DNA of 64,000 nucleotides from an uncultured Spirochaetia bacterium (lineage in GTDB: Bacteria; Spirochaetota; Spirochaetia; CAKZLE01), in assembly GCA_937125225.1 (NCBI GenBank), contig CAKZLE010000005.1, positions 14,441 through 78,440 of the forward strand, written 5' to 3'. The notes beneath the pieces were generated by a model. The model saw nothing but the letters and a program-made list of their open reading frames with translations. It did not search any database and was not told where the DNA came from. Every line of letters starts with the position of its first letter. The first letter of the stretch is position 1. Made by a program: the position numbers and the translations under genes. Of this stretch, positions 49,390-59,081 are shown one piece after another.

Positions 49390-51060
49390 ATGGAAAACAA
49401 TACGTATGATAGACCTCTCATAATTCAAAGTGATAACACCATGCTTCTCGAAGTCCATTCGTCATCTTTTAATGATGCACGTAATGATATCATACCCTTC
49501 AGTGAGTTGATAAAATCTCCGGAACATATTCACACATTCACCATTACTCCGATATCCTTATGGAATGCAGCTTCAGCCGGGTTCACTGCAGATACGATTA
49601 TCGCAAGATTGTCTTACTGGTCAAAATACCCGGTACCAGATAATGTGAAGTTCACTGTAAATGACATCATCTCAAGGTTTGGATCAATCATCCTCTACCC
49701 AGTTGATGATGAACCCGATCTATTTTTCCTTTATATTTCTGAACATAAGATCTTCCAGGAGATTATGCACCGAAAAGCTATCATGGAATATCTCACGATC
49801 CATAAAGATGGCTTCTTTCTCAATGCCTATAACAGAGGTACTGTAAAACTGCTTCTGATAAAACTCGGATACCCTGTAGATGATAGGATACCTCTTAAAA
49901 CTGGGGATCCAATAGAACTTTCTTTGAGAGATACTACGATTTCAGGATACCCTTTCATCCTAAGAGATTATCAGGATGAGGCTAAAGATGCGATCCTAGG
50001 GGATGGTAACCCTGGAACCGGATACGGGACTATCGTCCTACCCTGTGGTTCTGGAAAGACCATCGTAGGGATAAACGTTATCCATGCTCTAAAGACAAAG
50101 ACTTTGATCCTTACGACTAATGTAGCAGCTGTACATCAATGGATCAATGAATTGATTGATAAGACCACCTTGACCAAAGATGATATCGGCGAATATTCTG
50201 GAGATAGAAAAGTCATCAGAGATATTACTGTCTGCACCTATCAGATTCTTACCTGGAGAAAAGATAAGGTGAGTGATTTCCCACATTTCTCCATTTTTAA
50301 AGATCATAATTGGGGTCTAGTCATCTATGACGAGGTTCATATGCTACCAGCTCCGGTATTCAAGGTGACAGCAGAGATTCAATCTATGCATAGAGTAGGA
50401 TTGACGGCTACTCTTGTTCGAGAAGACAATCGGGAAGATGAGGTATTTTCTCTTGTAGGTCCTAAACGTTATGATATCCCTTGGAGAGAGTTGGAACAAA
50501 AGGGATGGATAGCTGAAGCACACTGTTTCGAGATCCGTATCCCTCTTGATGAATCCCTTGATATTGATTATGCCATCGGCTCAAAACGAGAAAAATTCAG
50601 AATAGCTTCAGAGAATCCTTTGAAGAAACCTGTCATAAAACAGCTGATCAATAATCATAAAGATGAATTCATACTCATAATCGGACAATATCTCTCACAA
50701 CTCAATGAACTCGCGAAGTCCCTTGAAATACCGGTGATTACCGGTTCAACTCCAAACAAGAAAAGAGATGAACTTTTTAACTCATTCAGAGCTGGAAAAC
50801 AAAAAATCCTAATCGTATCGAAAGTTGCAAACTTTGCTATAGATTTACCAGATGCATCAGTTGCGATCCAGATTTCTGGAACCTTTGGTTCCAGACAGGA
50901 AGAGGCACAACGTTTAGGAAGGGTCCTGCGTCCAAAGAAGCAGGGATCTCATTTCTATTCTTTAGTCACACGTTATTCCGTAGAGGAAGAGTTCGCATCA
51001 AACAGACAAAAATTCCTGACTGAACAGGGCTACAAATATCATATAGAAATGTGGGATTAA
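49390..51060 (+). CDS. xpb: XPB/ERCC3/Rad25-family SF2 DNA helicase (bacterial XPB orthologue)
   Basis: N-terminal XPB damage-recognition-like domain (…PLIIQSDNTMLLEV…ELIKSPEHIHTFTITPISLWNAASAG…). Helicase motif I VLPCGSGKT, Ia LILTTNVAAVHQW, II IYDEVHMLPAPVF, III GLTATLVRED. The characteristic GSRQEEAQRLGRVLRPK motif VI and the C-terminal FLTEQGYKY are also present. It is collinear with the Mycobacterium XPB as recalled from memory. Confidence 0.9.
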   Translation: MENNTYDRPLIIQSDNTMLLEVHSSSFNDARNDIIPFSELIKSPEHIHTFTITPISLWNAASAGFTADTIIARLSYWSKYPVPDNVKFTVNDIISRFGSIILYPVDDEPDLFFLYISEHKIFQEIMHRKAIMEYLTIHKDGFFLNAYNRGTVKLLLIKLGYPVDDRIPLKTGDPIELSLRDTTISGYPFILRDYQDEAKDAILGDGNPGTGYGTIVLPCGSGKTIVGINVIHALKTKTLILTTNVAAVHQWINELIDKTTLTKDDIGEYSGDRKVIRDITVCTYQILTWRKDKVSDFPHFSIFKDHNWGLVIYDEVHMLPAPVFKVTAEIQSMHRVGLTATLVREDNREDEVFSLVGPKRYDIPWRELEQKGWIAEAHCFEIRIPLDESLDIDYAIGSKREKFRIASENPLKKPVIKQLINNHKDEFILIIGQYLSQLNELAKSLEIPVITGSTPNKKRDELFNSFRAGKQKILIVSKVANFAIDLPDASVAIQISGTFGSRQEEAQRLGRVLRPKKQGSHFYSLVTRYSVEEEFASNRQKFLTEQGYKYHIEMWD

Positions 51061-51063
51061 CAA

Positions 51064-53091
51064 ATGGCAGATTACACGACTTGGACTGATGCTCTCTACT
51101 CTCTTGATGATGATTCTTTTTTATCAATCATGAGAAACTATCTTGGTCCCATTAAAACACCTTTTAACAAACAAGGTCTGATCAAGCAACTTACCACCTT
51201 CCTGTCTCAGGATAAGATTCGAGAGAAGATTCTCTCCCTTATCAATGAGCAGGAGCGTTCAGTACTCAATGCGATCTACTTTTTAAAATCGCCTTCTGTC
51301 GATGATATCTATCAATTCTTTGGGAAGAACATCCAGTTCTATATCATACAGCAGACAATCATAAATCTAGAAGAACGCTTACTAGTCCTTCAGAATTCTG
51401 ATCGTTCACTCATGATCAATATTCTTTTCCTGTCTGATCTACTAGGTAGCCACATCCATATCTCACACATCATCTATCTGCAAGAAGAAATTACTGAATC
51501 ATCAGAAGCCCTTCCCCCTACAACAATGCTCGATCAACCACTTTTCATATCATTCTTATCGCTTTTTACCGGAAATTATATACGTACGACTAATGAAGGT
51601 AATCTCAAACGATCCACTCTCAGAATTCTTGATGATATTTTTACACAGACCGATTCGGAACGTGTCATATCCATGACCCATCTGACTATCAGATCCTTTC
51701 TCCATTGTGGGATCATATCTTCTCAAAATGGTATCCTGAGTTGTGATACTGCCTTTACTGATGAATTACTCTCTACCCATAGTTGGTCACAGATCTTCTT
51801 CAAATACCTTGTGGGATGTTTCACCCAAGTCTATAGAAGTGTAACTGAACAGAATCTCTATAGCTTCCTTTATGAACTACTTTCCATCCTTTTACAAATA
51901 GGCCCACTTCAACCAAGCTCTTTGCATCGATTCTGGTTGATCTTATCTTCCCATCACGGGATTCCGCTTCAAGAGATGCATGAACCACTGAATATCCTGT
52001 TGAACCTAGGTATTCTGAACTATTGTGGAAACACCTATAAGCTTAATTTCCATTTAGCCTCGGTTTTGGATGATAATGATGATGAGAAGAAAGAGAACTG
52101 TGTCATTGATTCAGATTATACGATCACCAGTAATAGGAACTTCACTTTAAGATCATCCAAATTTCTTTATGCATGTACAAGGATCCGTCATATTGATGCC
52201 CATTATCAATTTGAAATAACCAAAAACAGTGCTGTTCAGGCATTTGATTCTGGATATTCGTCAGAGCAGATCATCGAGCTACTCCATACTATTTCATCTA
52301 CACAGATACCGCACAACATAATCCAGACCATCTCTCAATGGAAATTAGAATATGATTCACTTCAGATCTATTCAGGAATCATCATCGCTGCAGACACTCA
52401 TAGATCACGAATCATTGAGAAACACCCAGCACTTCAGGACCATATGATCAGGAGATTCACAGAAGGGGTCTATCTTTTCAAATCCGATACAGAGGCTATA
52501 TGGAGAGAGATTCTCTCACAATCGGGTTTTGATGTGATCCCAAAGACAAAGAATTCAATCGGTCAGGTCATGATTTCAAAGAGTTCTGCCGAACCATATA
52601 TTAGACCGAACACGAAAGCTCATGTTCAATTCTCTGCTGAGGTCATCGGCTCCCATATTCCTGAGGCGCCCTACGATGAGAGTTTAAAGAAGGAGATGAC
52701 CGATATTCTGATGAAGATGCCAATTCCTAAAAGGTCTGCAGAGGAGTTGGAAGCCAGGATAGACAAAGGGCTCATTCTCGTTAAAGAACAATTAGTATCT
52801 ACTCATCTGCATCCAACAGTACAGGAGGCTCATGGCTTTGATTTTCAAGGGAAACTCAATCTTTGCAAACAGGCTATGGAAAGTAGTAAGGATCTTCTCG
52901 AACTGCATCTTAAGTCTTTCCCTGATGATGAGAAGGTCATCCTCATACGCCCTACAGAGTTAAAAAAACAGGGGAATGAGATAATTCTTATTGGTCTAGA
53001 AGTTCCAGAGAACCATCAATTCGAGAAATCTCTTAGAAAGATATTCCTTTTAAGAAAACTCAAGAGTTCTCTTTATACACCACTTTCCTGA
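51064..53091 (+). CDS. XPB-associated protein (675 aa), possible p52/Tfb2-like partner; hypothetical
   Basis: The start is 4 nt after the xpb stop on the same strand. Predicted all-helical and cytoplasmic. Residues about 395-480 (VQAFDSGYSSEQIIELLHTISSTQIPHNIIQTISQWKLEYDSL…RRFTEGVYLF) resemble, as I recall it, the C-terminal Tfb2/p52 segment (…[20 protein letters not shown]…[27 protein letters not shown]…). Confidence 0.6.
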   Translation: MADYTTWTDALYSLDDDSFLSIMRNYLGPIKTPFNKQGLIKQLTTFLSQDKIREKILSLINEQERSVLNAIYFLKSPSVDDIYQFFGKNIQFYIIQQTIINLEERLLVLQNSDRSLMINILFLSDLLGSHIHISHIIYLQEEITESSEALPPTTMLDQPLFISFLSLFTGNYIRTTNEGNLKRSTLRILDDIFTQTDSERVISMTHLTIRSFLHCGIISSQNGILSCDTAFTDELLSTHSWSQIFFKYLVGCFTQVYRSVTEQNLYSFLYELLSILLQIGPLQPSSLHRFWLILSSHHGIPLQEMHEPLNILLNLGILNYCGNTYKLNFHLASVLDDNDDEKKENCVIDSDYTITSNRNFTLRSSKFLYACTRIRHIDAHYQFEITKNSAVQAFDSGYSSEQIIELLHTISSTQIPHNIIQTISQWKLEYDSLQIYSGIIIAADTHRSRIIEKHPALQDHMIRRFTEGVYLFKSDTEAIWREILSQSGFDVIPKTKNSIGQVMISKSSAEPYIRPNTKAHVQFSAEVIGSHIPEAPYDESLKKEMTDILMKMPIPKRSAEELEARIDKGLILVKEQLVSTHLHPTVQEAHGFDFQGKLNLCKQAMESSKDLLELHLKSFPDDEKVILIRPTELKKQGNEIILIGLEVPENHQFEKSLRKIFLLRKLKSSLYTPLS

Positions 53092-53095
53092 TCTT

Positions 53096-54562
53096 TTAAG
53101 ACTCTTTCTTTTGGGGATAGTTGAATCCGGTGAAAGATTCGAATTGCAGTATTCCTTGAGCAATGAGCATATCCATACCAAAGATCTCTCTACAGCCAGC
53201 CTGTTCTGCACGTTTGAGGAATTTAGTGACCTTAGGTTTATAGACAAGATCATAAGCAATCTCTTTACCGGTGAACTCATAACCTGAAGATGGATCAACA
53301 TCATCATAAGGGGACATTCCTCCGCTAGTCGTCTGAACAATTAGATCGATATCATGTACCGAATCCAACTCCTCCACAGTTTTCCAACTAGACCCTGTCT
53401 GCTCTGCAAGAAGTCTCGCCTTATCTGCTGTTCTATTCACGATAACCACTCTACAATAATAGTTCCTGAGTGCCCAAACAACCGAACGTGCAGCACCTCC
53501 CGCACCTAGTACGAGCGCAGTCCTGATCCGTTGCGAATCTAGCTCCTCCTGTAAGGGCTTCAAAAATCCGTAGAAATCAGTATTCACGCCCTTCCAGACA
53601 CGGTTACTCTTAAAGACCGTATTACAGCTACCAATCAGCTTCACCTCTCGTGAGATCTTTCCTAGATAGGGCAGAACCTGCTGTTTGAAAGGTACGGTAA
53701 CTGAGAAACCTTGAATAGATAGTAGATCCGCAAGTTGAAAGAATGTTCGTACGTCATCGACTAAGAAGGGAACATATATCGAATTAAGTCCTAACTGATC
53801 GAATGCTGGATTATGGATCTTTGGTGAAGAGGTATGCATAACAGGATTCCCTATGATTCCAAAGACCTTGGTATTCTCATTTACCCTGTCTGCATGATAG
53901 AGATCATGCATGATCTCAGGACTTAAATGCCCTGAAGCTACCTCTTGCCCCTCTGGAGAACAGAAGGTGAACATTGAACCCGTCTTCTTATAGAGGATCC
54001 TAGTTGGGATTCCTAGATCGCCCATACCGATCACGACCTTCTCAGGTATATCCTTGAGTTCTTTATTGACCTTGAAGATCATCATAATATCTTCCAAAGA
54101 CTGAGGTGTGACAGCTATTTTTGCGACATCTCCCCTCTTGTGTAGTTTCAGAATCCTAAGGAATAGGTCCGTTGGGACTCCCTCCATATCATGGTATGAT
54201 CTGATTATCTTGATAGATCTTTTAGAAGCCTTTTCCTCAAGTTCCTGTTTCTTGATATCCTCTTCCAAATCTATATAGGAAAAATCAAGATCAAGAAGAC
54301 TGTTGAGAACCTTGCATCGAACCTTCTCAGAACCCTCATAGAGTCCACCGTCCCGGACTCGTCTATAGGTAGCTATGACAGGAACGGGTATCAAAGAGAG
54401 AAGTCCTTTGATTTCCTCGTATTTTATGGTTTCGAGATAATCTATTCTTAACTCTACTAATTGTATAGCTTCTTTATGTTTTTCATATTGAATGATGCTC
54501 TTTGCACAATCTGAACCGGTTAATGAGAGACACAACATGGGAGTCCTCCTTGAATATATCAA
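53096..54562 (-). CDS. aroDE: bifunctional 3-dehydroquinate dehydratase (type I) / shikimate 5-dehydrogenase
   Basis: The N-terminal half is a type-I DHQase-like TIM barrel (…CLSLTGSD…VELRIDYL…). The C-terminal half is a shikimate dehydrogenase with the NADP-binding motif LGAGGAARSVVWAL. It is convergent with the XPB-partner gene, with only 4 nt between the stops. Confidence 0.85.
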   Translation of the reverse strand: MIYSRRTPMLCLSLTGSDCAKSIIQYEKHKEAIQLVELRIDYLETIKYEEIKGLLSLIPVPVIATYRRVRDGGLYEGSEKVRCKVLNSLLDLDFSYIDLEEDIKKQELEEKASKRSIKIIRSYHDMEGVPTDLFLRILKLHKRGDVAKIAVTPQSLEDIMMIFKVNKELKDIPEKVVIGMGDLGIPTRILYKKTGSMFTFCSPEGQEVASGHLSPEIMHDLYHADRVNENTKVFGIIGNPVMHTSSPKIHNPAFDQLGLNSIYVPFLVDDVRTFFQLADLLSIQGFSVTVPFKQQVLPYLGKISREVKLIGSCNTVFKSNRVWKGVNTDFYGFLKPLQEELDSQRIRTALVLGAGGAARSVVWALRNYYCRVVIVNRTADKARLLAEQTGSSWKTVEELDSVHDIDLIVQTTSGGMSPYDDVDPSSGYEFTGKEIAYDLVYKPKVTKFLKRAEQAGCREIFGMDMLIAQGILQFESFTGFNYPQKKES

Positions 54563-54635
54563 TTAAGCTATGATACCATCGTTTTGTTTTATAGTATAGA
54601 CTATTGATAATTTCAATAAGGTTAGAGAACAACAA

Positions 54636-56582
54636 ATGGGTACATTACAATTACAGAATATATCGCTCTCATATGGTGAGCGAGATCTCCTAATAAACAT
54701 ATCTTCAACTATCGATACAAACACGAAAGCAGCTCTTGCAGGTATCAATGGTTCAGGAAAATCCACTCTTTTAAAGATCATTACTGGAAGCATCGAACCT
54801 GATACCGGTACAATTCACTCGACTAAAGGAATGCTTGTCTCCTACCTTCCCCAAAGCGGTATTGTCTTGAAAGCCAGAAGTCTCTATGAAGAGTTGGAAT
54901 CGGCTTTTGATTCTTTTGTGAACCTGATCAAGAGAAAGAATCATATTGAGTCTCTACTTTCAGAATCTCAGGAGCATTCTAAACAGACCGATAATCTACT
55001 TGAAGAACTCAACTCCCTCGAAGAACATCTTCTTTACAGCAATTACTACCAGAGAGAGGCTAAGATCCTCCAGATAGCGAAAGGATTGGGCTTCAATCCA
55101 GAGGATACCCATAGACAATGCAAAGAGTTCTCAGGGGGCTGGCAGATGAGGATCGCTCTTGGAAAGATCCTTTTGGAACAACCAGACCTCCTCCTCCTTG
55201 ACGAACCTACCAACTATCTTGATGTAGAGGCCCGTGTCTGGCTTAATCACTACCTCAATCAATACCATGGTGGATACCTTTTAGTATCTCATGACCGGTA
55301 TTTTCTTGATGAAACCACAAACGAGGTCCTTGAGTTGTTTCACGGTGATTTAAAAAGATACCCGGGAACCTACTCGGCCTATGAGAAGAAGAAGGAGTTA
55401 GAACTCGAACAACTGAAAAAAGCCTATGAACAGCAAAAGATTGAGATAGATCATATCGAATCCTTTATCGAGAGGTTCCGTTATAAGGCCTCAAAAGCAA
55501 AACAGGTTCAAAGCAGAATAAAACAACTCGAAAAGATCGTGCCTATCCAGTTACCCTTCGAGACAAAGAGCCTTCGATTCACCTTTCCTGCACCTCCCCA
55601 TAGCGGAAATGATATATTCAGATTAGAGAACCTGAATAAATCTTATGGAGATCATCAGGTCATAGTAGATCTGAATCTTCATGTCCAAAAAGGAGATCGA
55701 ATAGCAATCTCGGGAAAGAACGGTATGGGAAAGACTACTCTTCTCAATATTCTCGCCGAACGAGACAGTCAATTTACCGGCTCGAAGAATAGAGGGGCGG
55801 GAATATCTATGGGTTATTTCGCACAGGATACCGATGCTTCTCTCAATGATAACCTAACCATCTTTGAAGAGGTAGAAGCAACTTCACCCTCTGCCCGTGT
55901 ACACCAGTTAAGATCACTCCTAGGTTCTTTCCTCTTTCATGGTGATGATATTAACAAGTCAGTCTCCATCTTGAGTGGTGGAGAGAAGAGTAGAGTATCT
56001 CTCTTAAAGATTCTATTACAACCGGTTAATGTGCTCATCCTCGACGAACCCACGAATCATCTAGATCTTGCATCTAAAGATATGCTATTGAGAGCCCTAG
56101 AAGACTATAGAGGAACATTACTGTTCGTCTCGCATGATATTGATTTCATAAAACACCTTGCAACGAAAATTCTCTACCTCTCAGAGGAGGGAGCTGAACT
56201 CTTTGAAGGCGATTATGAATATTTCAGTTGGAAACTCAACCAGAAACAACTTCTAGAAGAGGAAGAGAAGAAACAGGAAATCACTCCTGAGGTACATCCA
56301 AAACGGCAATTAGACAGACAGGAGAGAAATCGTCTTAAAAATCGACTCAGAACACTTCAGAAAGACGAGACTCGTATTCTAGAAGAAATTGATGTAAAAG
56401 AGGGAATACTTTCAGATCTTCATCATCAGTTGAGTCTACCTGAGAACTATTCAAACGGACTCAAGGCTGCAAAACTTAATAAAGAAATCGAGAATGCAGA
56501 AATCTCTATTGAGGGACTCTCGCTCCAATGGGATGAAATGACCACAGAGATCGAGGAGATACAGCTTGATATCGAACTCTAA
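54636..56582 (+). CDS. ABC-F family ATPase (two fused ABC domains, Uup/EttA-like) with C-terminal coiled coil
   Basis: Two Walker A motifs (GINGSGKSTLL, GKNGMGKTTLL), two LSGG signatures (FSGGWQMR, LSGGEKSR), no TM domain, charged coiled-coil C-terminal extension. Confidence 0.9.
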   Translation: MGTLQLQNISLSYGERDLLINISSTIDTNTKAALAGINGSGKSTLLKIITGSIEPDTGTIHSTKGMLVSYLPQSGIVLKARSLYEELESAFDSFVNLIKRKNHIESLLSESQEHSKQTDNLLEELNSLEEHLLYSNYYQREAKILQIAKGLGFNPEDTHRQCKEFSGGWQMRIALGKILLEQPDLLLLDEPTNYLDVEARVWLNHYLNQYHGGYLLVSHDRYFLDETTNEVLELFHGDLKRYPGTYSAYEKKKELELEQLKKAYEQQKIEIDHIESFIERFRYKASKAKQVQSRIKQLEKIVPIQLPFETKSLRFTFPAPPHSGNDIFRLENLNKSYGDHQVIVDLNLHVQKGDRIAISGKNGMGKTTLLNILAERDSQFTGSKNRGAGISMGYFAQDTDASLNDNLTIFEEVEATSPSARVHQLRSLLGSFLFHGDDINKSVSILSGGEKSRVSLLKILLQPVNVLILDEPTNHLDLASKDMLLRALEDYRGTLLFVSHDIDFIKHLATKILYLSEEGAELFEGDYEYFSWKLNQKQLLEEEEKKQEITPEVHPKRQLDRQERNRLKNRLRTLQKDETRILEEIDVKEGILSDLHHQLSLPENYSNGLKAAKLNKEIENAEISIEGLSLQWDEMTTEIEEIQLDIEL

Positions 56583-57147
56583 GAAGATAATACTCTCATC
56601 AGCCTCTCCTGCCCGTCTAAAACTTCTTGAAGTTGCAGGTTTTTCCGTTATAGTGAAGCCCACAGACACTGAGGAGATTCTTCGATATAAGGATCCTATA
56701 AAAGCAGCTACCGATATTGCGATGCAGAAGATGGAAACCTATCTTCGGATCCATGGGAAGCCAACGCTACCCCTTCTTACCGTAGATACACTCATTTCTT
56801 TTAAAGACCGGTTTATTGGAAAACAAGCTGACAGAGAAAGTGCAAGAACTATTCTATCAGAGTTTTCAGACAACACCCATTTTGTTCATACTGGGGCTGT
56901 CATTTCACTTCCGAATCACAATGAACTCATCACATTAACTGATCATGCAGAAATATCATTCTTCTCACTCAAACCACATGATATTGAGACCTATCTGGAT
57001 ACTGAAGAATGGATCGGTGCAGCTGGTGCCTATCGTATTCAAAAAACTGGTATTTCGCTCGTAAAATCTTTAGATGGTGATTATTATTCTGTTGTGGGGT
57101 TGCCTTTGATGAAGATATTTGGCATATTACGAGGACAGAGTTACTGA
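56566..57147 (+). CDS. maf: Maf-like nucleoside triphosphate pyrophosphatase
   Basis: …IILSSASPARLKLLEVAGF… N-terminal Maf motif and …GLPLMKIF… C-terminus; 193 aa. Confidence 0.85.
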   Translation: MISNSKKIILSSASPARLKLLEVAGFSVIVKPTDTEEILRYKDPIKAATDIAMQKMETYLRIHGKPTLPLLTVDTLISFKDRFIGKQADRESARTILSEFSDNTHFVHTGAVISLPNHNELITLTDHAEISFFSLKPHDIETYLDTEEWIGAAGAYRIQKTGISLVKSLDGDYYSVVGLPLMKIFGILRGQSY

Positions 57148-57225
57148 CTTGTCAAGTCAATCTGAATATCCACCATTGGTGAGAAAAAGTGAAGGTGTGA
57201 TACATTCTAGAATGTATCATGTGTG

Positions 57226-57231
57226 AAGGAG
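57226..57231 (+). promoter_or_regulatory. Shine-Dalgarno AAGGAG for rpsB
   Basis: AAGGAG lies 5 nt upstream of the ATG at 57237. Confidence 0.6.
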
Positions 57232-57236
57232 AAATC

Positions 57237-58127
57237 ATGGCGATCGTATCCATGAAGAGTCTGTTAGAATCAGGCGTACATTTTGGTCATCAGACCAAAC
57301 GATGGAATCCAAAAATGAAGAAGTTCATCTTCTCAGAAAGAAACGGAATCCATATCATCGACCTGCAGAAAACTGCTGGTTGTATCAACGAGGCTTATGA
57401 AGCTATCGTAGAGATCATTAAAGACGGGAATCAGATCCTGTTCATCGGAACAAAGAAACAAGCACAACAGTCTATCGAGAACGAAGCTAGAAGATGTGGA
57501 ATGCCATACGTAAACCACAGATGGCTTGGTGGTATGCTTACCAACTTCTCAACAATCAAGAAGTCTATTCATAGACTCAAGAAGATTGAAAAGATGGAAA
57601 TCGATGGTACTTTTGAGAGCCTCACAAAACGTGAAGTTGCAAAATTGAACCGAGAAAAAGCTAAATTAGAAAGAAACCTCACTGGTATCAAAGATATGAA
57701 AGATGTACCTGGTGCTATCTTCATCATTGATACGAGAAAAGAACAGATTGCAGTAGCTGAAGCGAAAAGACTAGGAATCCCTGTCATCGCCGTTGTTGAT
57801 ACTAACTGTGATCCTACAGATATCAATTATCCTATCCCAGGAAATGATGATGCTATCAGAGCTATCTCACTATTCGCTGAGATCATCTCTAACTGCGTTA
57901 TCGAAGGGAACAATGCCTTAGGACTAGATATGATTCAACTTTCTGAAGAAGTTGCACCTGTTGCTGAAGTTGCACCTGTTGCTGAAGTTGCACCTGTTGC
58001 TGAAGCTGCACCTGTTGCTGAAGCTGCACCTGTTGCTGAAGCTGCACCAGTTGTAGAAGCTGCACCTGCAGAAAAGGTTGTTTCAGAAGAACCTGCTGCT
58101 GAAGAAAAACCAGCAGAAACTAAATAA
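57237..58127 (+). CDS. rpsB: 30S ribosomal protein S2 with repeat-containing C-terminal extension
   Basis: [27 protein letters not shown]… canonical S2. Start set at the RBS-supported ATG at 57237. The C-terminal roughly 60 aa are Ala/Pro/Val/Glu hexapeptide repeats. Confidence 0.95.
   Translation: MAIVSMKSLLESGVHFGHQTKRWNPKMKKFIFSERNGIHIIDLQKTAGCINEAYEAIVEIIKDGNQILFIGTKKQAQQSIENEARRCGMPYVNHRWLGGMLTNFSTIKKSIHRLKKIEKMEIDGTFESLTKREVAKLNREKAKLERNLTGIKDMKDVPGAIFIIDTRKEQIAVAEAKRLGIPVIAVVDTNCDPTDINYPIPGNDDAIRAISLFAEIISNCVIEGNNALGLDMIQLSEEVAPVAEVAPVAEVAPVAEAAPVAEAAPVAEAAPVVEAAPAEKVVSEEPAAEEKPAETK
57948..58073 (+). repeat. in-frame tandem 18-bp repeat (GAAGYTGCACCTGTTGCT) x6 plus a degenerate seventh copy, encoding (E-V/A-A-P-V-A)n
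   Basis: Read directly from the sequence: three copies with GTT then three with GCT at the second codon, then GAAGCTGCACCAGTTGTA and GAAGCTGCACCTGCAGAA. Confidence 0.9.
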
Positions 58128-58151
58128 TCAGAATTTAATAAGGAGCAAAAT

Positions 58152-58985
58152 ATGAGCATTAAAGCTGCTGATGTTAAAAAACTTCGTGATATTACCGGTG
58201 CAGGAATGATGGACTGTAAGAAAGCACTTGTAGACGCTGACGGAGATTTCAAGAAAGCAGAAAAACACCTGAAAGAGTTAGGTCTTGCTGCTGCTGCAAA
58301 AAGAAGTAATAGAGCTACTGATAATGGTAGGATCTTCACACGAATCACAGATTCAAAAGCTATTGTTGTTGAGATAGCGTGTGAAACAGACTTTGTAGCC
58401 ATAAATAAAGATTTCATCGACCTCGGAAATAATATGATCGATGTCATCATTGAGAAAGGTTATTCTGCAATTAATGATGAACTGGAATCTATGGTAAAAG
58501 ATCTTATCTCTGTCATTAAAGAGAATATGAGCTTGAAGAAAGTGACTGTAACAGACCTTACTGAAAATCAGGTCGCTACTGATTATATTCATGGTCCAGG
58601 AACTATTGGTGTAATCATGGTCCTCGAAGTAGAAGATGCTGCTAAGATCACAGATTCAGTCAAAGAACTTGCATTCGATCTTGCTCTCCATATTGCGGCA
58701 TTCAACCCAATATATCAGGATAAATCAAGTATCGATCCTGAATACCTTAAAGAACAGACTGAGATCTTTGAAAAACAGGTCGAGGGACTTGGAAAACCAG
58801 CGAATGTCGTTGAGAATATTGTAAAAGGTAAACTCAATAAACACTTCACTGAAATCTGTTTCCTCCAACAGAAGTTCGTTAAGGATGATAAGATCAGTGT
58901 CGAGAAAGCACTTGCTAATCTATCTAAGGAGATCGGAACAACTTGTAAAGTAGTTAACTACTCTTACAATAAAGTTGGTGAATAA
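58152..58985 (+). CDS. tsf: elongation factor Ts
   Basis: MSIKAADVKKLRDITGAGMMDCKKAL… UBA-like N-terminus typical of EF-Ts; 277 aa. Confidence 0.95.
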   Translation: MSIKAADVKKLRDITGAGMMDCKKALVDADGDFKKAEKHLKELGLAAAAKRSNRATDNGRIFTRITDSKAIVVEIACETDFVAINKDFIDLGNNMIDVIIEKGYSAINDELESMVKDLISVIKENMSLKKVTVTDLTENQVATDYIHGPGTIGVIMVLEVEDAAKITDSVKELAFDLALHIAAFNPIYQDKSSIDPEYLKEQTEIFEKQVEGLGKPANVVENIVKGKLNKHFTEICFLQQKFVKDDKISVEKALANLSKEIGTTCKVVNYSYNKVGE

Positions 58986-59004
58986 TCTCTAACCTATTCA
59001 TATA

Positions 59005-59049
59005 AAGGCCGTTTCCATGTTATGATACATGGAATGGCCTTGTTTTTTT
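59005..59049 (+). terminator. rho-independent terminator after tsf
   Basis: AAGGCCGTTTCCATG (59005-59019) pairs with CATGGAATGGCCTT (59028-59041) with a one-base bulge and a 7-8 nt loop, followed by a T-run at 59042-59049. Confidence 0.7.
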
Positions 59050-59081
59050 ATGGTACAACAACTAATTATCTAGGAGAATCT

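Noticed and set aside
57948-58073. Tandem 18-bp repeats considered as a possible CRISPR or mini-satellite
   Set aside because: The units are directly adjacent with no spacers, are in frame within rpsB, and encode a hexapeptide repeat; this is not a CRISPR array.
59022-59081. Extended frr start (MIHGMALFFYG…)
   Set aside because: It reads through the tsf terminator hairpin and has no RBS; the downstream ATG at 59082 has an AGGAG RBS and gives the canonical MKDVLHNAEE RRF N-terminus.
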